A stretch of DNA of 64,000 bases from a bacterium. GTDB lineage: Bacteria; Patescibacteriota; Minisyncoccia; Phycocordibacterales; UBA9973. The stretch is from assembly GCA_037143195.1 (NCBI GenBank), contig JBAWZD010000002.1, positions 140,620-204,619 on the forward strand, given 5' to 3'. Position 1 is the stretch's first letter; each line of letters starts with the position of its first letter. Positions 59,515 through 64,000 of the stretch are shown piece after piece. Both the position numbers and the translations under genes were made by a program. The notes below the pieces were generated by a model. The model saw only the letters and a program-made list of their open reading frames with translations. It was not told the origin of the DNA and made no database searches.

Positions 59515-59848
59515 CTCAACTGGTCAGAGCACTCCCCTGTAGATCGTGCAGCTTATTGCTGAAAGGCAGTTTGAAACTCTTTGGGATAACGGTGAAGGCT
59601 GACTCTCTTTTTTGGAGATATGCGAATACCGTGGGAACCCTTTCGGAAGCATTCGTGCTTCGCTTCGAATAGATTGAACCTACTTTCAGAGTAGCGTCTA
59701 CCGAAGGGAAGGGGCGCCGTAGAGACTAGATACCGAAGCACCTACTTTTGCCCTCGGGTAGATATGGTGAAGATATAGTCCATGCCATTACGAAAGTCGT
59801 GGATACCGTGCACGGGAGAGGTTGCGGGTTCGACCCCCGTCGACTGCG
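59505..59848 (+). tRNA. tRNA-Asp (GUC) interrupted in the anticodon loop; exon1 59505-59540, exon2 59811-59848
   Basis: exons join to GCAGTCG-ta-GCTC-aactggtca-GAGC-a-CTCCC-cuGUCac-GGGAG-aggtt-GCGGG-ttcgacc-CCCGT-CGACTGC-g; loop CUGUCAC identical to bacterial tRNA-Asp. Confidence 0.75.
59541..59810 (+). mobile_element. group I intron-like element (270 nt) in tRNA-Asp anticodon loop
   Basis: exon ends in U, intron ends in G; GCAG guide-like sequence 9-12 nt into intron pairs with exon cuGU; P7-like GACUA (59724-59728) ... UAGUC (59776-59780) elements. Confidence 0.6.
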
Positions 59849-59856
59849 CAGAAACA

Positions 59857-59888
59857 AAAGGTCACGCGTATGCGTGACCTTTTGTGTT
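59857..59888 (+). terminator. terminator after tRNA-Asp
   Basis: aaaaGGTCACGCgtatGCGTGACCttttgt. Confidence 0.7.
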
Positions 59889-59896
59889 ATCCTTTG

Positions 59897-60481
59897 AGTA
59901 TGACTGTGTATCAGCTCCTCGGCTATCTCTCTGCGATCATATTCACGATCGGATATATTCCATACGTCATTTCGATTGCGAAAGGGAAGACCAAACCGCA
60001 CCCATTTAGTTGGATGCTTTGGACGATTGCGGGACTCGTCAGTACATATTTGTACATTCAAGTCGGCGCCCGCGAAACGTTGCCATTTGCATTTGCTGGA
60101 TGTATTTTGCCGTTCATCATCACTTGTATTTCGTTTCGCAATTGGGAAGGTGGTTTTTCATTGTTCGATTATCTCTGTTTCGGATGTTCACTGCTTGCGA
60201 TCGTGACATACGTGATGTTTCACTCGGCAAACTTTTCTCTAACGATTAGCTTGTGTGCTGACGCAATCGCGTTCCTCCCAACAATGCGTAAGACGTATCA
60301 AGACGCTTCGACAGAGAGTTTGACGACGTGGAAACTTTTTCTCGCAAGTTATATCCTCTCACTTTTTGCGACACTGCCCCGTTTTTCATACGGAGTTGTA
60401 CTTTTTCCCGCATACCTAAGTGTCTGTGGCACCATAATGTGTTGGCTCATCTTTCGGGGAAGATTGAAAAAAGCCTCATAA
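59897..60481 (+). CDS. hypothetical polytopic membrane protein (~195 aa)
   Basis: MTVYQLLGYLSAIIFTIGYIPYVI..., 6 predicted TM. Confidence 0.55.
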   Translation, partial: SMTVYQLLGYLSAIIFTIGYIPYVISIAKGKTKPHPFSWMLWTIAGLVSTYLYIQVGARETLPFAFAGCILPFIITCISFRNWEGGFSLFDYLCFGCSLLAIVTYVMFHSANFSLTISLCADAIAFLPTMRKTYQDASTESLTTWKLFLASYILSLFATLPRFSYGVVLFPAYLSVCGTIMCWLIFRGRLKKAS

Positions 60482-60530
60482 TCTAGTAGTATTGCGAGGT
60501 CGGTCATTTTGACCGATTGAAAAATACATA

Positions 60531-60603
60531 AGCCGTTGTAGCTCAGTTGGTAGAGCACATTCATGGTAAGAATGAGGTCTCCGGTTCAATCCCGGACAAC
60601 GGC
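60531..60603 (+). tRNA. tRNA-Thr (GGU)
   Basis: GCCGTTG..CATTC-atGGTaa-GAATG..TCCGG-ttcaatc-CCGGA-CAACGGC-t. Confidence 0.85.
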
Positions 60604-60638
60604 TCCCGCAGATTTTTGGCGGAAGCAGTGCGTTTGTT

Positions 60639-60711
60639 GCCACCCTAGCTCAGTTGGTAGAGCATACCCTTCGTAAGGGTAGGGTCCGGAGTTCGATCCT
60701 CCGGGGTGGCT
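60639..60711 (+). tRNA. tRNA-Thr (CGU)
   Basis: GCCACCC..TACCC-ttCGTaa-GGGTA..CGGAG-ttcgatc-CTCCG-GGGTGGC-t. Confidence 0.85.
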
Positions 60712-60712
60712 C

Positions 60713-61234
60713 ATGAATCCGATTCTTGTATTGCCATCGGAAAAATATAAAGAGAGTTTTTTAGAAGCACTTTCTGAGCAGTCACCCGAACAAGAGAGTC
60801 CGGTTGAAGGCGAAAGCTATCAGAGATTCAACGGAGATTTTAATGCCTTTCTTTCGTATTTGAAAAATGAAAGTGAAGGGGTTCAAATGCTTGAGGGCCG
60901 TGTTCCTCAAACAGTATATTGGCTTGTGAAGGGAGAAAGATTTATTGGACGTATTTCGATTCGACACTATCTTAATGATCATTTACGTAACATGGGAGGT
61001 CATATCGGGTATTCGATCCGTCCATCAGAACGTGAAAAAGGATATGGTTCATTGATGCTCACGCTCGCACTTCCGAAAGCAAAGGCTCTTGGTATCGACC
61101 CCGCGCTTATTACCTGTAACGAAACAAATGTTGCTTCGAAACGAATTATTGAAAAACACGGAGGAGTTCCCGACGTAAGTTTTGTGACCCCCGAAGGTGT
61201 AACCAAACTTCGCTTTTGGGTGCCAACATCGTAA
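60713..61234 (+). CDS. GNAT-family N-acetyltransferase
   Basis: RISIRHYLNDHLRNMGGHIGYSIRPSEREKGYGSLMLTLALPKAKALGI acetyl-CoA binding motif A region; starts 2 nt after tRNA-Thr. Confidence 0.65.
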   Translation: MNPILVLPSEKYKESFLEALSEQSPEQESPVEGESYQRFNGDFNAFLSYLKNESEGVQMLEGRVPQTVYWLVKGERFIGRISIRHYLNDHLRNMGGHIGYSIRPSEREKGYGSLMLTLALPKAKALGIDPALITCNETNVASKRIIEKHGGVPDVSFVTPEGVTKLRFWVPTS

Positions 61235-61243
61235 GATACATAT

Positions 61244-62125
61244 ATGACAGACCACGGAGATATTGATGCGAAGATTGCTGAAATCGAAACCGCGATGAGC
61301 GGAGCGGATTTTTGGACGGACAAGGATCAGGCGCAAGCTCTGATTCGCGAGCTCGGCGAACTCAAACAAAAAAAAGAGGGCGCAGCCGCTTTCGACAAAG
61401 GCAATGCAATCATGACGATCATTTCTGGTGCGGGCGGAGACGACGCCGAAGATTTTGCGCGCATGCTCTTTGATATGTATGTGAAATTCTTTGCACGCAA
61501 AGGCCTCTCGTACGGCGTCATTCATGAAAGCAAAAACGATCAGAATGGATACAAAAATATTTCGCTCGAAGTGACCGGTCGCGGAGCGCACGGCTTGCTC
61601 AAACGTGAGAGTGGTGTGCATCGTCTCGTGCGCACGAGTCCATTCAATTCCAAAGGCAAACGCAGTACCAGTTTCGCGCTCGTGGAAGTCATTCCAAAAG
61701 TCCCAAAGCAAGCGATGCCTGAACTCAACGAAGGCGATGTCGAAGTGGATTTTGCACGTGCTGGTGGTCCGGGTGGGCAGAACGTCAACAAGCGCGAGAC
61801 TGCCGTGCGAATCTTGCACAAGCCGACAGGCATCAGTATCCTCGTGCGCGAAGAACGCAGTCAGGAACAAAACCGCGAACGCGGAATGGAAATTCTTCGT
61901 GGCAAACTCTACAAAAAAGCCGAAGACGAACACAAGAGTCTCGTTGAAAGTATGCAGAGCACCAAAGGCACCGAAATCGAGTGGGGGAATCAAATCCGCA
62001 ACTACGTTTTGCATCCCTACAAACTCGTCAAAGACCTCCGCACCGGAGTCGAAACATCAGACACCAAAGGCGTCCTTGACGAGGGCAATCTCGATATGTT
62101 CATTGAAGCCGAACAAAAGCTGTAG
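61244..62125 (+). CDS. prfB: peptide chain release factor 2 (SPF motif), short N-terminus, no programmed frameshift site
   Basis: [16 protein letters not shown] (SPF), [10 protein letters not shown] (GGQ); 293 aa begins at region homologous to E. coli RF2 residue ~27. Confidence 0.85.
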   Translation: MTDHGDIDAKIAEIETAMSGADFWTDKDQAQALIRELGELKQKKEGAAAFDKGNAIMTIISGAGGDDAEDFARMLFDMYVKFFARKGLSYGVIHESKNDQNGYKNISLEVTGRGAHGLLKRESGVHRLVRTSPFNSKGKRSTSFALVEVIPKVPKQAMPELNEGDVEVDFARAGGPGGQNVNKRETAVRILHKPTGISILVREERSQEQNRERGMEILRGKLYKKAEDEHKSLVESMQSTKGTEIEWGNQIRNYVLHPYKLVKDLRTGVETSDTKGVLDEGNLDMFIEAEQKL

Positions 62126-62159
62126 TTTCCCAAATATGATATACTAGACCCCGTTACCA

Positions 62160-62840
62160 ATGATCTATTTCAAAGGAGTCAAAAAAGAATACCCCCAAGG
62201 GTCAGTAGCTCTTGATGAAATCACCATTTCTATAAATGCAGGGGAATTCGTCTCCGTCGTCGGTCACTCTGGAGCCGGCAAGACCACACTCGTAAAGCTC
62301 ATTATCGCCGAAGAAGAACCAACAGAAGGTACTGTCATGTTCGAGTCACTCGACGTCAATCGTCTGAGTAGTCGCGATTTGACGCGTCTCCGCCGACGTA
62401 TTGGTACCGTGTTTCAGGATTTTAAATTACTCCCAAACAAGACCGCATTTGAAAATATTGCATTTGCAATGGAAGCTGCCGGCAAAAGTGACGAAGAAAT
62501 CGCCGCTGATGTTCCTCATGTACTTGATCTCGTGAATTTGCTCGAATTGAAAGATCATTTCCCTGGACAACTTTCCGGTGGAGAAAAACAGCGCCTCGCG
62601 ATCGCGCGCGCCATCATCAACCAACCAGAAATCATCGTTGCTGATGAGCCAACAGGAAATCTCGACCCCATCAGCACCTACGAGATCGTGCAGATTCTCA
62701 AAAAGATCAACGAATTGGGTACGACGATTATTCTCACTACGCACAATCGTGGAGTCGTCGACTCGATTGGCAAACGTGTCATCACGCTCGAAAAGGGCCG
62801 TGTTGTTCGAGATGACAAGGATGGGCGATATATGATTTAA
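62160..62840 (+). CDS. ftsE: cell division ATP-binding protein FtsE
   Basis: [10 protein letters not shown] Walker [15 protein letters not shown] signature. Confidence 0.9.
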   Translation: MIYFKGVKKEYPQGSVALDEITISINAGEFVSVVGHSGAGKTTLVKLIIAEEEPTEGTVMFESLDVNRLSSRDLTRLRRRIGTVFQDFKLLPNKTAFENIAFAMEAAGKSDEEIAADVPHVLDLVNLLELKDHFPGQLSGGEKQRLAIARAIINQPEIIVADEPTGNLDPISTYEIVQILKKINELGTTIILTTHNRGVVDSIGKRVITLEKGRVVRDDKDGRYMI

Positions 62841-62846
62841 TAAGAT

Positions 62847-63773
62847 ATGGCAATGGTCAATTTCAAGCGCACGTTTCGTACTGGATTCCTTAATTTCTCA
62901 AGGAATAGTCTTGTTTCTCTCTCTTCGATTCTCGTGATGACCATCACACTCTGTGTTCTCGGCGGTGTATTGCTCTTCCAACACGTTCTCGAGACGACAC
63001 TTGTGAACGTTGAAAACAAAGTTGATGTCACTGTGTACATTGTGCCAGGAACCAATGAGGCATCGATACTTACGCTCAAAGACAAGGTGTCCGATGTTCC
63101 TGAAGTCGCGAACGTTGATTATGTTTCTGAAAATCAGGCACTCGCTGATTTCCGCGCACGTCACGCTGACGACCAAACGACACTCCAAGCCCTTGATGAG
63201 CTTGATCAAAACCCAATCGGGGCAATGCTCAATATCAAAGCAAAGGACATTTCACAGTATGAAAGTATTGCGAAGTTTTTTGACAACACAGGCACACTCG
63301 GGGCAGGATCACAATCAATCATCGATCACGTCGACTACAACAAAAACAAGGGCGATATTGATGCGATTCAAAACATTCTCGCGAATGGCCGCCGTCTTGG
63401 TTTGCTTGTAACGCTCATCCTCATGATTATTTCGATCATCGTGACATTCAACACGATGCGTCTTGCGATTTACTTCACTCGTGAAGAGATTTCAGTCATG
63501 CGTCTCGTCGGTGCCTCACGAAGTCATGTCCAAGGTCCTTTCATTGTTGAAGGAACATTGTATGGATTTGTTGCGACACTCCTTGCCCTCATCATCTTCC
63601 TCCCAATCACATTCTGGTTTGGTACGCACATGACCGACTTCTTTGGGGGAGTGAACTTGTTCCGTTATTACCTCGGCAACATTCTTTCGTTTGCAGGAAT
63701 CTTGTTTGTGTTCGGAGCTGGGCTCGGAGCACTTTCAAGTGTGCTCGCGACCCGAAAGTATTTGAAAGTGTAG
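62847..63773 (+). CDS. ftsX: cell division permease FtsX
   Basis: TM1, periplasmic domain, 3 C-terminal TM; follows ftsE. Confidence 0.85.
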   Translation: MAMVNFKRTFRTGFLNFSRNSLVSLSSILVMTITLCVLGGVLLFQHVLETTLVNVENKVDVTVYIVPGTNEASILTLKDKVSDVPEVANVDYVSENQALADFRARHADDQTTLQALDELDQNPIGAMLNIKAKDISQYESIAKFFDNTGTLGAGSQSIIDHVDYNKNKGDIDAIQNILANGRRLGLLVTLILMIISIIVTFNTMRLAIYFTREEISVMRLVGASRSHVQGPFIVEGTLYGFVATLLALIIFLPITFWFGTHMTDFFGGVNLFRYYLGNILSFAGILFVFGAGLGALSSVLATRKYLKV

Positions 63774-63822
63774 TGTTTCGGATTTTCAATTATTAGTATT
63801 TTTCGTATTGTAAGTATCATCA

Positions 63823-64000
63823 TGTTCAACAAAAAGACCGCAGAAAATCCAAAATATGTGTTTGTCGTCGGAGGTGTCATTTCCGGAGTGGGCAAGGGGA
63901 TCACTGCAAGTTCGATCGCCAAGATCATGCAAGATCGTGGTCTCCGCGCAACGGCAATCAAGATCGATCCATACATCAACGTTGATGCTGGTACGATGAA
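63823..64000 (+). CDS. pyrG: CTP synthase, N-terminal fragment (continues beyond window)
   Basis: [26 protein letters not shown]. Confidence 0.8.

Overview
The window reads like a small-genome bacterium (CPR/Patescibacteria-like by inference), about 48% GC, standard genetic code with UGA used as stop. Housekeeping genes are dense: smpB, a tmRNA, ftsH, recG, an ATP-dependent PEP carboxykinase, ligA, gatC, gatA, prfB, ftsE, ftsX, the pyrG start, a P-type ATPase and a two-component pair. A complete type IV pilus cluster spans 40.7-53.9 kb (pilM, a PrsW-like protease, pilN/O/P-like, pilB, a response regulator, pilT, pilC, pilin, pilD, four minor pilins). There are 8 tRNA genes, several large repeat-rich surface proteins, and three accessory regions. 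(1) Directly 3' of the tmRNA, a short direct repeat of the tmRNA 3' terminus bounds an array of four small, mostly membrane-protein genes. Each gene has a near-identical TTGAC(T/G)TTTA-N17 promoter, and conserved non-coding elements sit between cassettes. (2) A tRNA locus at 58.3-59.9 kb carries a GIY-YIG gene, a free-standing LAGLIDADG homing-endonuclease gene and a ~270-nt group-I-like intron in the anticodon loop of tRNA-Asp. (3) A ~4.6-kb AT-rich island of hypothetical genes at 24.9-29.5 kb abuts tRNA-Ser(GCU). No rRNA or CRISPR array was seen. The ORF track treats GTG/TTG as start codons and omits ORFs that run off the window edge. It therefore misses the minus-strand phosphohexomutase gene at 1-940.
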